NCBI RefSeq assembly: GCF_044647545.1
Contig: NZ_CP172818.1
Source of the DNA: Escherichia coli
GTDB taxonomy: Bacteria; Pseudomonadota; Gammaproteobacteria; Enterobacterales; Enterobacteriaceae
Reading direction: 5' to 3' (one strand)
DNA: 64,000 nt
Every line of letters starts with the position of its first letter. Position 1 is the first letter of the stretch. The notes beneath the pieces were generated by a model that did no database searches, was not told where the DNA came from, and saw only the letters and a program-made list of their open reading frames with translations. Made by a program: the position numbers and the translations under genes. Positions 13,973 through 25,036 of this stretch are shown in pieces.

Positions 13973-16900
13973 ATGACAGAACAACAAAAATTGACCTTTA
14001 CGGCCTTGCAGCAGCGGCTGGATTCGCTGATGCTGCGTGACAGACTGCGTTTTTCCCGCCGTCTGCACGGCGTGAAGAAGGTTAAAAATCCTGATGCACA
14101 ACAGGCCATTTTCCAGGAGATGGCGAAAGAGATTGACCAGGCGGCAGGGAAAGTCCTGCTGCGTGAAGCGGCACGTCCGGAAATTACTTATCCTGACAAT
14201 TTGCCGGTTAGTCAGAAAAAGCAGGACATTCTCGAAGCGATTCGTGATCACCAGGTGGTGATCGTCGCCGGGGAAACCGGTTCCGGTAAAACGACTCAGC
14301 TACCGAAAATCTGTATGGAGCTGGGGCGCGGTATTAAAGGGCTGATCGGTCATACCCAACCGCGTCGCCTGGCGGCACGAACGGTGGCGAACCGTATTGC
14401 GGAAGAGCTGAAAACGGAGCCGGGCGGTTGCATCGGTTACAAAGTGCGTTTCAGCGATCACGTAAGTGATAACACGATGGTCAAGCTGATGACCGACGGT
14501 ATCCTGCTGGCGGAGATCCAGCAAGACCGCCTGCTGATGCAGTACGACACTATCATTATTGACGAAGCGCACGAACGCAGCCTGAATATCGATTTTCTGC
14601 TCGGCTATTTGAAAGAGTTGCTGCCGCGGCGTCCTGACCTAAAAATCATTATCACTTCCGCGACTATCGACCCGGAACGCTTTTCGCGCCACTTTAATAA
14701 TGCGCCGATTATCGAAGTCTCCGGTCGTACCTATCCGGTGGAGGTGCGTTATCGCCCGATTGTTGAAGAAGCTGATGACACCGAGCGCGACCAGTTGCAG
14801 GCGATTTTTGATGCCGTAGACGAACTGAGCCAGGAAAGCCCTGGCGACATTCTGATTTTTATGAGCGGCGAGCGAGAAATTCGCGATACCGCCGATGCGC
14901 TGAACAAGCTGAACTTACGCCATACGGAAATCTTGCCGCTTTATGCGCGGCTTTCGAACAGCGAACAGAACCGCGTCTTCCAGTCGCACAGTGGACGGCG
15001 CATTGTGCTGGCGACCAACGTCGCGGAAACCTCGCTGACCGTACCGGGTATTAAATACGTTATCGACCCCGGTACAGCGCGTATCAGCCGCTACAGCTAT
15101 CGCACCAAAGTGCAGCGTTTGCCGATTGAACCCATTTCGCAGGCGTCTGCCAATCAGCGTAAAGGCCGCTGTGGTCGTGTGTCCGAAGGGATCTGTATTC
15201 GTCTCTATTCCGAAGACGATTTCCTTTCGCGCCCGGAATTTACCGATCCGGAGATTCTGCGTACCAACCTGGCCTCGGTTATTTTGCAGATGACTGCGCT
15301 GGGGCTGGGCGATATCGCTGCGTTCCCGTTTGTTGAAGCACCGGATAAACGCAATATCCAGGATGGCGTGCGTCTGCTCGAAGAACTGGGCGCGATCACC
15401 ACGGATGAACAGGCCAGCGCCTATAAACTGACGCCGCTCGGTCGCCAGCTCTCGCAGTTGCCTGTCGACCCACGTCTGGCGCGTATGGTGCTGGAAGCGC
15501 AAAAACATGGCTGCGTGCGTGAGGCGATGATTATCACGTCCGCGCTCTCCATTCAGGATCCGCGCGAGCGTCCGATGGATAAACAGCAGGCATCGGACGA
15601 AAAACATCGCCGCTTCCACGACAAAGAATCCGACTTCCTCGCGTTTGTAAATCTGTGGAATTATCTTGGCGAGCAGCAAAAGGCGCTTTCTTCCAACGCC
15701 TTCCGTCGCCTGTGTCGTACCGATTATCTCAACTATCTGCGCGTGCGCGAATGGCAGGATATCTACACCCAGTTGCGCCAGGTGGTGAAAGAACTTGGCA
15801 TTCCGGTTAACAGCGAACCGGCGGAGTATCGTGAAATTCACATTGCGTTGCTGACGGGTTTACTTTCCCATATCGGCATGAAAGATGCCGATAAACAAGA
15901 ATATACCGGCGCACGTAACGCGCGTTTCTCCATTTTCCCCGGTTCCGGCTTATTTAAAAAGCCGCCGAAATGGGTAATGGTGGCGGAACTGGTAGAAACC
16001 AGCCGCCTGTGGGGGCGCATTGCTGCGCGTATCGACCCGGAATGGGTAGAACCCGTTGCTCAGCATTTGATTAAACGCACCTACAGCGAACCGCACTGGG
16101 AACGGGCGCAGGGCGCGGTGATGGCAACGGAAAAAGTCACTGTTTATGGTTTGCCGATTGTTGCTGCGCGTAAGGTCAACTACAGCCAGATCGATCCGGC
16201 GTTATGTCGTGAACTCTTTATTCGCCACGCTCTGGTGGAAGGTGACTGGCAGACGCGTCACGCATTCTTCCGTGAAAACCTGAAACTGCGGGCCGAAGTG
16301 GAAGAGCTGGAACACAAATCACGTCGCCGCGATATTCTGGTTGATGACGAAACGCTGTTTGAGTTCTACGACCAGCGCATCAGCCACGATGTAATCTCCG
16401 CTCGTCACTTCGATAGCTGGTGGAAAAAAGTCAGCCGCGAAACGCCTGATTTGCTCAACTTTGAAAAGAGCATGTTGATCAAAGAAGGGGCGGAAAAAAT
16501 CAGCAAGCTGGATTATCCGAACTTCTGGCATCAGGGCAATCTCAAGCTGCGTTTGAGCTATCAGTTTGAGCCCGGCGCGGATGCTGACGGTGTGACTGTG
16601 CATATCCCGCTGCCGCTGCTTAATCAGGTAGAAGAGAGCGGGTTTGAATGGCAAATCCCCGGCCTGCGCCGCGAACTGGTGATTGCTCTGATTAAATCGT
16701 TGCCGAAACCGGTACGCCGTAATTTTGTGCCTGCACCAAACTACGCAGAAGCGTTTTTAGGCCGCGTCACACCGCTGGAGTTACCGTTGCTCGACAGCCT
16801 TGAGCGCGAGTTACGGCGGATGACTGGCGTCACCGTTGACCGCGAAGACTGGCACTGGGATCAGGTGCCCGATCACCTGAAAATCACCTTCCGCGTGGTG

Positions 16901-17875
16901 GATGAAAAAAACAAGAAGCTAAAAGAAGGGCGCTCATTACAGGATCTGAAAGACGCCCTGAAAGGCAAAGTGCAGGAAACGCTGTCTGCCGTGGCGGATG
17001 ACGGTATCGAGCAGAGCGGCTTACATATCTGGAGTTTTGGTCAGCTGCCGGAAAGCTACGAGCAGAAGCGCGGCAACTACAAAGTGAAGGCGTGGCCGGC
17101 GCTGGTGGATGAACGCGACAGCGTGGCGATCAAACTGTTTGATAATCCGCTGGAACAAAAGCAGGCAATGTGGAACGGTCTTCGCCGTCTACTGCTGCTG
17201 AATATTCCATCGCCGATCAAGTATTTGCATGAAAAGTTACCGAACAAAGCCAAGCTGGGGCTGTACTTTAACCCGTATGGCAAAGTGCTGGAGCTGATCG
17301 ACGACTGTATCTCCTGCGGGGTGGATCAACTGATCGACGCCAATGGTGGCCCGGTCTGGACGGAAGAAGGCTTTGCTGCGCTGCATGAGAAAGTGCGTGC
17401 CGAACTGAACGACACGGTGGTGGATATTGCGAAGCAGGTCGAGCAAATTCTTACGGCAGTGTTCAATATCAACAAACGTCTGAAAGGGCGGGTGGATATG
17501 ACCATGGCGCTGGGGCTTTCTGACATTAAAGCGCAGATGGGCGGGCTGGTGTATCGCGGTTTTGTGACTGGTAACGGCTTCAAACGGTTGGGCGACACGC
17601 TGCGTTATTTGCAGGCGATTGAAAAACGGCTGGAAAAACTGGCGGTTGACCCACATCGCGACCGTGCTCAGATGCTGAAAGTCGAAAATGTCCAGCAGGC
17701 GTGGCAGCAATGGATCAATAAACTGCCGCCCGCACGTCGTGAGGATGAAGACGTGAAAGAGATCCGTTGGATGATAGAAGAGTTGCGCGTTAGTTACTTC
17801 GCTCAACAACTTGGTACGCCTTATCCGATTTCAGATAAGCGTATTTTGCAGGCGATGGAGCAGATTAGCGGTTAA
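13973..17875 (+). CDS. hrpA: ATP-dependent RNA helicase HrpA (DEAH-box)
   Basis: 1300-aa ORF with Walker A (GETGSGKTTQ), DEAH (IIIDEAHERS) and the helicase C-terminal domains. Confidence 0.9.
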   Translation: MTEQQKLTFTALQQRLDSLMLRDRLRFSRRLHGVKKVKNPDAQQAIFQEMAKEIDQAAGKVLLREAARPEITYPDNLPVSQKKQDILEAIRDHQVVIVAGETGSGKTTQLPKICMELGRGIKGLIGHTQPRRLAARTVANRIAEELKTEPGGCIGYKVRFSDHVSDNTMVKLMTDGILLAEIQQDRLLMQYDTIIIDEAHERSLNIDFLLGYLKELLPRRPDLKIIITSATIDPERFSRHFNNAPIIEVSGRTYPVEVRYRPIVEEADDTERDQLQAIFDAVDELSQESPGDILIFMSGEREIRDTADALNKLNLRHTEILPLYARLSNSEQNRVFQSHSGRRIVLATNVAETSLTVPGIKYVIDPGTARISRYSYRTKVQRLPIEPISQASANQRKGRCGRVSEGICIRLYSEDDFLSRPEFTDPEILRTNLASVILQMTALGLGDIAAFPFVEAPDKRNIQDGVRLLEELGAITTDEQASAYKLTPLGRQLSQLPVDPRLARMVLEAQKHGCVREAMIITSALSIQDPRERPMDKQQASDEKHRRFHDKESDFLAFVNLWNYLGEQQKALSSNAFRRLCRTDYLNYLRVREWQDIYTQLRQVVKELGIPVNSEPAEYREIHIALLTGLLSHIGMKDADKQEYTGARNARFSIFPGSGLFKKPPKWVMVAELVETSRLWGRIAARIDPEWVEPVAQHLIKRTYSEPHWERAQGAVMATEKVTVYGLPIVAARKVNYSQIDPALCRELFIRHALVEGDWQTRHAFFRENLKLRAEVEELEHKSRRRDILVDDETLFEFYDQRISHDVISARHFDSWWKKVSRETPDLLNFEKSMLIKEGAEKISKLDYPNFWHQGNLKLRLSYQFEPGADADGVTVHIPLPLLNQVEESGFEWQIPGLRRELVIALIKSLPKPVRRNFVPAPNYAEAFLGRVTPLELPLLDSLERELRRMTGVTVDREDWHWDQVPDHLKITFRVVDEKNKKLKEGRSLQDLKDALKGKVQETLSAVADDGIEQSGLHIWSFGQLPESYEQKRGNYKVKAWPALVDERDSVAIKLFDNPLEQKQAMWNGLRRLLLLNIPSPIKYLHEKLPNKAKLGLYFNPYGKVLELIDDCISCGVDQLIDANGGPVWTEEGFAALHEKVRAELNDTVVDIAKQVEQILTAVFNINKRLKGRVDMTMALGLSDIKAQMGGLVYRGFVTGNGFKRLGDTLRYLQAIEKRLEKLAVDPHRDRAQMLKVENVQQAWQQWINKLPPARREDEDVKEIRWMIEELRVSYFAQQLGTPYPISDKRILQAMEQISG

Positions 17876-17900
17876 CACTGCTATTTGCCTGATAAATCTA

Positions 17901-17933
17901 AAACCCGGTAAGCATTTAGCGCCGGGTTTTTTA
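17901..17933 (+). terminator. Rho-independent terminator of hrpA
   Basis: Stem AAACCCGG / CCGGGTTT followed by a T-run. Confidence 0.65.
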
Positions 17934-18147
17934 TTAATTCTAAAAACGGTATGGGAAAAAATTCAGGAGTTCAGAAAAATACAATTCTCTGCTGCAAGAT
18001 GAATAATGTTTATCTACAGCATTTCCTTAAAAGATATGTCAGGCTTGCGGAGTGGCGGTTAAGGAAATACGACTTCCTCCTTTCAGAGTGCTCCGCTTCT
18101 CACTATTATCTCACGCAGTATTCTTAAGGGAACGATAAGGAGGAACC

Positions 18148-18948
18148 ATGAACATTACCCCGTTTCCGACGCTTTCGCCGGCAACCATAGATGCCATAAA
18201 TGTTATCGGACAGTGGCTGGCGCAGGATGATTTCTCCGGTGAGGTGCCGTATCAGGCCGATTGCGTGATCCTTGCAGGCAATGCGGTTATGCCGACTATC
18301 GATGCGGCATGTAAGATTGCCCGCGATCAGCAAATTCCTTTACTGATTAGTGGTGGTATCGGTCACTCGACAACTTTTTTGTATAGCGCCATCGCACAGC
18401 ATCCGCACTACAACACTATCCGCACCACTGGCAGAGCAGAAGCTACCATTCTGGCGGATATCGCTCATCAGTTCTGGCACATTCCGCATGAAAAAATCTG
18501 GATTGAAGACCAGTCAACAAACTGCGGTGAAAACGCACGCTTTAGCATCGCGCTATTGAATCAGGCCGTAGAACGAGTTCACACAGCTATCGTTGTTCAG
18601 GACCCCACCATGCAGCGGCGCACGATGGCGACGTTCCGCCGTATGACCGGGGACAATCCCGATGCACCACGCTGGTTAAGTTATCCCGGATTCGTTCCTC
18701 AGTTAGGAAATAACGCAGACAGTGTAATCTTTATTAATCAGTTACAAGGATTATGGCCGGTTGAGCGTTATCTATCACTACTCACTGGCGAGCTGCCGCG
18801 TTTACACGATGATAGCGATGGCTACGGCCCCCGCGGGCGAGATTTTATCGTTCACGTTGATTTTCCTGCAGAAGTCATTCAGGCATGGCAAACGCTGAAA
18901 CACGATGCGGTGCTCATCGAGGCGATGGAAAGTCGCTCGTTACGTTAA
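18148..18948 (+). CDS. ydcF: DUF218 family protein YdcF
   Basis: 266-aa ORF recognised as YdcF; strong Shine-Dalgarno site AAGGAGG upstream. Confidence 0.8.
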   Translation: MNITPFPTLSPATIDAINVIGQWLAQDDFSGEVPYQADCVILAGNAVMPTIDAACKIARDQQIPLLISGGIGHSTTFLYSAIAQHPHYNTIRTTGRAEATILADIAHQFWHIPHEKIWIEDQSTNCGENARFSIALLNQAVERVHTAIVVQDPTMQRRTMATFRRMTGDNPDAPRWLSYPGFVPQLGNNADSVIFINQLQGLWPVERYLSLLTGELPRLHDDSDGYGPRGRDFIVHVDFPAEVIQAWQTLKHDAVLIEAMESRSLR

Positions 18949-19144
18949 AAATTGCCCGTTTGTGAACCACTTGTTTGCAAACGGGCATAACTCCTGCCTT
19001 TTATTTCTGCCTCTTATTCCTTTTACACTTGTTTTTATGAAGCCCTTCACAGAATTGTCCTTTCATGATGCCGTCTCTCTGATGATTGATGTTAATTAAC
19101 AATGTATTTACCAAAAACAAACATATAAATCACAGGAGTCGCTC

Positions 19145-20584
19145 ATGTCAGTACCCGTTCAACATCCTATGTATATTGATGGACAGTTTGTTACCTGGCG
19201 TGGAGACGCATGGATTGATGTGGTAAACCCTGCTACAGAGGCTGTCATTTCCCGCATTCCCGATGGTCAGGCCGAGGATGCCCGTAAGGCAATCGATGCA
19301 GCAGAACGTGCACAACCAGAATGGGAAGCGTTGCCTGCTATTGAACGCGCCAGTTGGTTGCGCAAAATCTCCGCCGGGATCCGCGAACGCGCCAGTGAAA
19401 TCAGTGCGCTGATTGTTGAAGAAGGGGGTAAGATCCAGCGGCTGGCTGAAGTCGAAGTGGCTTTTACTGCGGACTATATCGATTACATGTCGGAGTGGGC
19501 ACGGCGTTATGAAGGCGAGATTATTCAAAGCGATCGTCCAGGAGAAAATATTCTTCTGTTTAAACGTGCGCTTGGCGTGACTACCGGCATTCTGCCGTGG
19601 AACTTCCCGTTCTTCCTCATTGCCCGCAAAATGGCTCCCGCTCTTTTGACCGGTAATACCATCGTCATTAAACCCAGTGAATTTACGCCAAACAATGCGA
19701 TTGCATTCGCCAAAATCGTCGATGAAATAGGCCTTCCGCGCGGCGTGTTTAACCTTGTTCTGGGGCGTGGTGAAACCGTTGGGCAAGAACTGGCAGGTAA
19801 CCCAAAGGTCGCAATGGTCAGTATGACAGGCAGCGTCTCTGCAGGTGAAAAGATTATGGCGACTGCGGCGAAAAACATCACCAAAGTGTGCCTGGAACTG
19901 GGGGGTAAAGCACCGGCTATCGTAATGGACGATGCCGATCTTGAACTGGCAGTCAAAGCCATCGTTGATTCACGCGTCATTAATAGTGGGCAAGTGTGTA
20001 ACTGTGCAGAACGTGTTTATGTACAGAAAGGCATTTATGATCAGTTTGTCAATCGGTTGGGTGAAGCGATGCAAGCGGTTCAATTTGGTAACCCCGCTGA
20101 ACGCAACGACATTGCGATGGGGCCGTTGATTAACGCCGCGGCGCTGGAAAGGGTCGAGCAAAAAGTGGCGCGCGCAGTAGAAGAAGGGGCGAGAGTGGCG
20201 TTGGGGGGCAAGGCAGTAGAGGGGAAAGGATATTATTATCCGCCGACATTGCTGCTGGATGTTCGCCAGGAAATGTCGATTATGCATGAGGAAACCTTTG
20301 GCCCGGTTCTGCCGGTGGTCGCATTTGACACGCTGGAAGAGGCTATCTCAATGGCGAATGATAGTGATTACGGCCTGACCTCATCAATCTATACCCAAAA
20401 TCTGAACGTCGCGATGAAAGCCATTAAAGGGCTGAAGTTTGGTGAAACTTACATCAACCGTGAAAACTTCGAAGCTATGCAAGGCTTCCACGCCGGATGG
20501 CGTAAATCCGGTATTGGCGGCGCAGATGGCAAACATGGCTTGCATGAATACCTGCAGACCCAGGTGGTTTATTTACAGTCGTAA
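19145..20584 (+). CDS. aldA: Lactaldehyde dehydrogenase (NAD-dependent aldehyde dehydrogenase A)
   Basis: 479-aa ORF with aldehyde dehydrogenase catalytic Cys/Glu motifs; recognised as AldA. Confidence 0.9.
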   Translation: MSVPVQHPMYIDGQFVTWRGDAWIDVVNPATEAVISRIPDGQAEDARKAIDAAERAQPEWEALPAIERASWLRKISAGIRERASEISALIVEEGGKIQRLAEVEVAFTADYIDYMSEWARRYEGEIIQSDRPGENILLFKRALGVTTGILPWNFPFFLIARKMAPALLTGNTIVIKPSEFTPNNAIAFAKIVDEIGLPRGVFNLVLGRGETVGQELAGNPKVAMVSMTGSVSAGEKIMATAAKNITKVCLELGGKAPAIVMDDADLELAVKAIVDSRVINSGQVCNCAERVYVQKGIYDQFVNRLGEAMQAVQFGNPAERNDIAMGPLINAAALERVEQKVARAVEEGARVALGGKAVEGKGYYYPPTLLLDVRQEMSIMHEETFGPVLPVVAFDTLEEAISMANDSDYGLTSSIYTQNLNVAMKAIKGLKFGETYINRENFEAMQGFHAGWRKSGIGGADGKHGLHEYLQTQVVYLQS

Positions 20585-20593
20585 TGAATGAAA

Positions 20594-20617
20594 GAGGCGG
20601 AGGTTTTTCCTCCGCCT
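20594..20617. terminator. Bidirectional hairpin between convergent aldA and gapC
   Basis: Stem GAGGCGGAGG / CCTCCGCCT with a TTTTT loop immediately after the aldA stop. Confidence 0.55.
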
Positions 20618-20624
20618 GTGCTGG

Positions 20625-21625
20625 TCAGAGTTTGGCGAATTTTTCCAGGGTACGAATGAGTTGAGTGACGAAACCATACTCGTTATCGTACCAGGCGACG
20701 GTCTTCACCAGTTGTAAATCGCCCACTGCGGTGATTTCCGTTTGGGTCGCATCAAACACCGAACCGAAATGGCTGCCAATGATATCGGAAGAGACAATTT
20801 CTTCGTCGGTATAACCAAACGATTCGTTATCGGTTGTTGCTTTTTTAAGTGCGTTATTCACCTCTTCAGCAGTCACTTTTTTCCCCAGGATAGACACCAG
20901 CTCGGTCACTGAACCTGTTTTCACTGGCACGCGTTGCGCATGGCCTTTAAGTTTGCCGCTAAGTTCGGGGATCACCAGACCAATGGCTTTTGCCGCACCT
21001 GTAGTGTGGGGAATGATATTTTCTGCCGCTGCACGTGAAGCGCGTAAATCTTTACCTCGCGGACCATCCACCAGTGACTGAGTGCCGGTATAGGCATGAA
21101 TGGTCGTCATCGTGCCGACTTCTATTCCGAAACTGTCATGCAAGGCTTTTGCCATCGGAGCAAGACAGTTAGTGGTACAGGATGCCACGGAAACAATGGT
21201 GTCGTTGCATCCAGAGTGTCGTCATTGACGTTATAAACGATAGTTTTCATTTCACCGGCAGGGGCGGAAATCAACACCTTCTTCGCGCCAGCATCGAGAT
21301 GCGCCTGAGATTTCTCGGCGGAGGTATAAAAGCCAGTACATTCGACAATGATTTCTGCGCCTTTCGCTTTCCACGGAATATTTTTAGCCTCTTTTTCGGC
21401 GTAAACCGCGATACTTTTCCCATCAACGATAAGTGAATCTTCCGTAAAATCAACGCTCCAGGGGAACGGTCCGTAGTTTGAATCATGTTTCAGCAGGTAG
21501 GCGAGAATTTTTGGGGAAGTGAGATCATTAATAGCGACAATGTCTATGTTGCTTTTGACTTCAAGTAATCGACGCAACACCAGTCGACCGATACGACCAA
21601 AACCGTTAATACCAACTTTACTCAT
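20625..21625 (-). pseudogene. gapC: Glyceraldehyde-3-phosphate dehydrogenase paralogue split by a frameshift
   Basis: Two overlapping minus-strand ORFs in different frames (21122..21625 is the N-terminal NAD-binding part, 20625..21188 the C-terminal part carrying [10 protein letters not shown]). Confidence 0.8.
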
Positions 21626-21813
21626 GGTCTTCTCCTGTCAGGAACGTTCGGATGAAAATTGATCCTTTCCAGGCTTAGACCAGGATGGCGGGATGGGCAA
21701 TCTACATTCTTGCAGTGAAACGTAACGTACTGAAAACGGGTGAACAATATTTAATGAAATTTTAAGAAAAGCCCGTTATGTTAACGGAAAATTATGTTAA
21801 AGCAGGAAATGTT

Positions 21814-22344
21814 ATGGGAAATAAATACTCAAGGTTACAAATCAGCATTCACTGGCTGGTCTTTTTGCTGGTTATCGTAGCGTATTGCGCAATGGAGTTT
21901 CGTGGTTTCTTCCCACGTAGCGATCGGCCCCTCATCAACATGATTCATGTTTCCTGTGGCATCTCAATTCTCGTACTGATGGTGGTTCGTCTTTTGTTAA
22001 GGCTGAAATACCCAACCCCGCCGATTATACCTAAGCCAAAACCGATGATGACGGGACTGGCGCATTTGGGACATTTGGTGATCTATCTCCTGTTTATTGC
22101 GCTGCCAGTGATTGGTTTGGTGATGATGTATAACCGGGGTAACCCGTGGTTTGCGTTTGGTATGACGATGCCTTATGCATCAGAGGCCAATTTCGAACGG
22201 GTTGATAGCTTAAAGTCGTGGCATGAAACGCTGGCGAATCTGGGATACTTTGTCATCGGGTTGCACGCTGCGGCTGCACTGGCACACCACTATTTCTGGA
22301 AGGACAACACACTTCTACGCATGATGCCGCGTAAACGTTCCTGA
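21814..22344 (+). CDS. cybB: Cytochrome b561
   Basis: 176-aa ORF from the internal ATG at 21814; four-helix membrane protein with conserved histidines. Confidence 0.85.
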   Translation: MGNKYSRLQISIHWLVFLLVIVAYCAMEFRGFFPRSDRPLINMIHVSCGISILVLMVVRLLLRLKYPTPPIIPKPKPMMTGLAHLGHLVIYLLFIALPVIGLVMMYNRGNPWFAFGMTMPYASEANFERVDSLKSWHETLANLGYFVIGLHAAAALAHHYFWKDNTLLRMMPRKRS

Positions 22345-22354
22345 AGGATATTTA

Positions 22355-22418
22355 AAGAAAACGCCTGTACTAAAACCGACCCGTGGTACAGGCGAAGAAT
22401 ACGGGTCTACATCGGAAG
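22355..22418 (-). ncRNA. rydC: Hfq-dependent small RNA RydC
   Basis: Minus strand matches the 64-nt RydC sequence as I recall it; its 3' stem (CGCCTGTAC…GTACAGGCG) lies directly after the cybB stop. Confidence 0.7.
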
Positions 22419-22588
22419 CGCCTATTATATTTATTTGTATGACAAATAAAACCATAATCCTGGTCCATACGTCCATCTGGCTTATCTTTAATCAATTCAC
22501 CCGATCTTTGATCTCATCAACGGTATCAAAATAAACCAGCGTATAACGTTCAAATCGAACATAAGATTCGATAAACCATGGAGGTTAT

Positions 22589-22762
22589 ATGAAAAAACTG
22601 GCACTTATCTTGGTTTTAGGAGCGCTTGTTTCCTTTTATGCCGATGCCGGGCGCAAACCCTGTTCTGGTTCGAAAGGGGGGATCTCACACTGTACGGCAG
22701 GCGGCAAATTTGTCTGTAATGATGGTTCTATTAGTGCATCGAAAAAAACATGCACTAACTGA
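22589..22762 (+). CDS. ydcA: Small secreted protein YdcA (57 aa) with signal peptide
   Basis: ATG at 22589 behind a GGAGG site; reads MKKLALILVLGALVSFYADAGRKPCSG…; too short for the ORF track. Confidence 0.75.
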   Translation: MKKLALILVLGALVSFYADAGRKPCSGSKGGISHCTAGGKFVCNDGSISASKKTCTN

Positions 22763-22806
22763 AGTGTAAAAGGGGTGCCATGAGAAAATGAATCTGCTAG
22801 TCAGAT

Positions 22807-22827
22807 GCGCGGGGAAAATCCCCGCGC
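22807..22827 (-). terminator. Hairpin downstream of hokB
   Basis: GC stem GCGCGGGG / CCCCGCGC with an AAAAT loop just 3' of the hokB stop. Confidence 0.5.
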
Positions 22828-22833
22828 TTGCCC

Positions 22834-23029
<196 letters not shown>

Positions 23030-23041
<12 letters not shown>

Positions 23042-23090
23042 GATAGAAATATCGGTCGGGGCCTTCGTCTTTCTGATTCCCGGTTAGCCT
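23030..23090 (+). ncRNA. sokB: sokB antisense RNA; position approximate
   Basis: Placed by analogy with hok/sok loci, where the antisense RNA is complementary to the mok translation-initiation region; ends not determined. Confidence 0.3.
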
Positions 23091-23291
23091 GAAAACAGAA
23101 AGTCTCAGGCACCCGCAGGCATCCTATGAGGTTTCCTTAGGGACGAAAATAATCACTTGACGAAATTGCGTGCTGTTTTCCAGAATTTTTCGTCATTCGG
23201 TTTAGCCGTTCGTTACTCTCTTCATTCCAATGGCATTATTCTTCTCTGCCATAATTGTTGTAAAAATGTGACGCAAAGAGGTTTTTGGTCA

Positions 23292-23318
23292 TAAGTAATT
23301 ACCGTCAAGTGCCGATGA
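23292..23318 (+). promoter_or_regulatory. Sigma-28 (FliA) promoter of trg
   Basis: TAAG-N15-GCCGATGA matches the TAAA-N15-GCCGATAA class III flagellar consensus about 40 bp upstream of the trg ATG. Confidence 0.6.
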
Positions 23319-23357
23319 CTTTCTATCAGGAGTAAACCTGGACGAGAGACAACGGTA

Positions 23358-24998
23358 ATGAATACAACTCCCTCACAGCGATTAGGTTTTTTGCATCACA
23401 TCAGGCTGGTTCCGTTATTTGCCTGCATTCTTGGCGGTATCTTAGTTCTATTAGCATTAAGTTCTGCTCTGGCTGGCTATTTCCTCTGGCAGGCCGATCG
23501 CGATCAGCGTGATGTTACTGCGGAGATTGAGATTCGGACCGGGTTAGCGAACAGTTCAGATTTTTTGCGTTCAGCCCGGATCAATATGATTCAGGCCGGT
23601 GCTGCGAGTCGTATTGCGGAAATGGAAGCAATGAAGCGAAATATTGCGCAAGCCGAATCGGAGATTAAACAGTCGCAGCAAGGTTATCGTGCTTATCAGA
23701 ATCGGTCGGTGAAAACACCTGCTGATGAAGCCCTCGACACTGAATTAAATCAACGCTTCCAGGCTTATATCACGGGTATGCAACCGATGTTGAAATATGC
23801 CAAAAATGGCATGTTTGAAGCGATTATCAATCATGAAAGTGAGCAGATCCGACCGCTGGATAATGCTTATACCGATATTTTGAACAAAGCCGTTAAGATA
23901 CGTAGCACCAGAGCCAACCAACTGGCGGAACTGGCCCATCAGCGCACCCGCCTGGGTGGGATGTTCATGATTGGCGCGTTTGTGCTTGCCCTGGTCATGA
24001 CGCTGATAACATTTATAGTGCTACGTCGGATCGTCATTCGTCCACTGCAACATGCCGCACAACGGATTGAAAAAATCGCCAGTGGCGATCTGACGATGAA
24101 TGATGAACCGGCGGGTCGTAATGAAATCGGTCGCTTAAGTCGTCATTTACAGCAAATGCAGCATTCACTGGGGATGACTGTAGGGACCGTTCGACAGGGC
24201 GCGGAAGAGATTTATCGTGGCACCAGCGAAATTTCCGCTGGCAATGCGGACCTTTCATCTCGCACCGAAGAACAAGCGGCGGCAATTGAACAAACTGCCG
24301 CCAGCATGGAGCAACTCACTGCGACGGTGAAACAGAATGCAGATAACGCGCATCATGCCAGCAAACTGGCGCAGGAGGCTTCTATTAAAGCCAGCGATGG
24401 CGGGCAGACGGTTTCCGGTGTAGTAAAAACGATGGGCGCTATCTCCACGAGTTCGAAGAAAATTTCTGAGATCACCGCCGTCATCAACAGTATTGCTTTC
24501 CAGACGAATATTCTGGCACTGAATGCTGCCGTTGAAGCCGCGCGAGCGGGTGAGCAAGGACGTGGATTTGCCGTTGTCGCCAGCGAAGTACGGACACTCG
24601 CAAGCCGCAGCGCTCAGGCGGCGAAAGAGATTGAAGGCTTGATCAGTGAATCAGTCAGATTAATTGACCTGGGATCGGATGAGGTGGCAACGGCAGGGAA
24701 AACCATGAGCACTATTGTTGATGCCGTCGCGAGTGTCACACATATCATGCAGGAAATTGCCGCCGCCTCGGATGAACAAAGCAGAGGCATAACGCAGGTT
24801 AGCCAGGCGATTTCAGAAATGGATAAGGTGACGCAACAGAATGCTTCTCTGGTAGAAGAGGCCTCAGCGGCGGCGGTGTCCCTTGAAGAACAGGCGGCAC
24901 GATTAACTGAGGCGGTGGACGTATTCCGTCTGAACAAACATTCTGTGTCGGCAGAACCTCGCGGAGCGGGTGAATCAGTTAGTTTCGCTACGGTGTGA
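23358..24998 (+). CDS. trg: Methyl-accepting chemotaxis protein III (ribose/galactose transducer)
   Basis: 546-aa ORF with two transmembrane segments, HAMP domain and the conserved chemoreceptor signalling and methylation region. Confidence 0.9.
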   Translation: MNTTPSQRLGFLHHIRLVPLFACILGGILVLLALSSALAGYFLWQADRDQRDVTAEIEIRTGLANSSDFLRSARINMIQAGAASRIAEMEAMKRNIAQAESEIKQSQQGYRAYQNRSVKTPADEALDTELNQRFQAYITGMQPMLKYAKNGMFEAIINHESEQIRPLDNAYTDILNKAVKIRSTRANQLAELAHQRTRLGGMFMIGAFVLALVMTLITFIVLRRIVIRPLQHAAQRIEKIASGDLTMNDEPAGRNEIGRLSRHLQQMQHSLGMTVGTVRQGAEEIYRGTSEISAGNADLSSRTEEQAAAIEQTAASMEQLTATVKQNADNAHHASKLAQEASIKASDGGQTVSGVVKTMGAISTSSKKISEITAVINSIAFQTNILALNAAVEAARAGEQGRGFAVVASEVRTLASRSAQAAKEIEGLISESVRLIDLGSDEVATAGKTMSTIVDAVASVTHIMQEIAAASDEQSRGITQVSQAISEMDKVTQQNASLVEEASAAAVSLEEQAARLTEAVDVFRLNKHSVSAEPRGAGESVSFATV

Positions 24999-25010
24999 AA
25001 ATGTTCAAGG

Positions 25011-25032
25011 AAGGGATCGACAGATCCCTTCA
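25011..25032. terminator. Bidirectional hairpin between convergent trg and ydcI
   Basis: Stem GAAGGGATC / GATCCCTTC between the two stop codons. Confidence 0.55.
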
Positions 25033-25036
25033 CCTT

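Noticed and set aside
14915-15841. 308-aa minus-strand ORF inside hrpA
   Set aside because: Antisense to a well-supported 1300-aa helicase gene; Arg-rich low-complexity translation typical of reverse-frame artefacts in GC-rich coding DNA.
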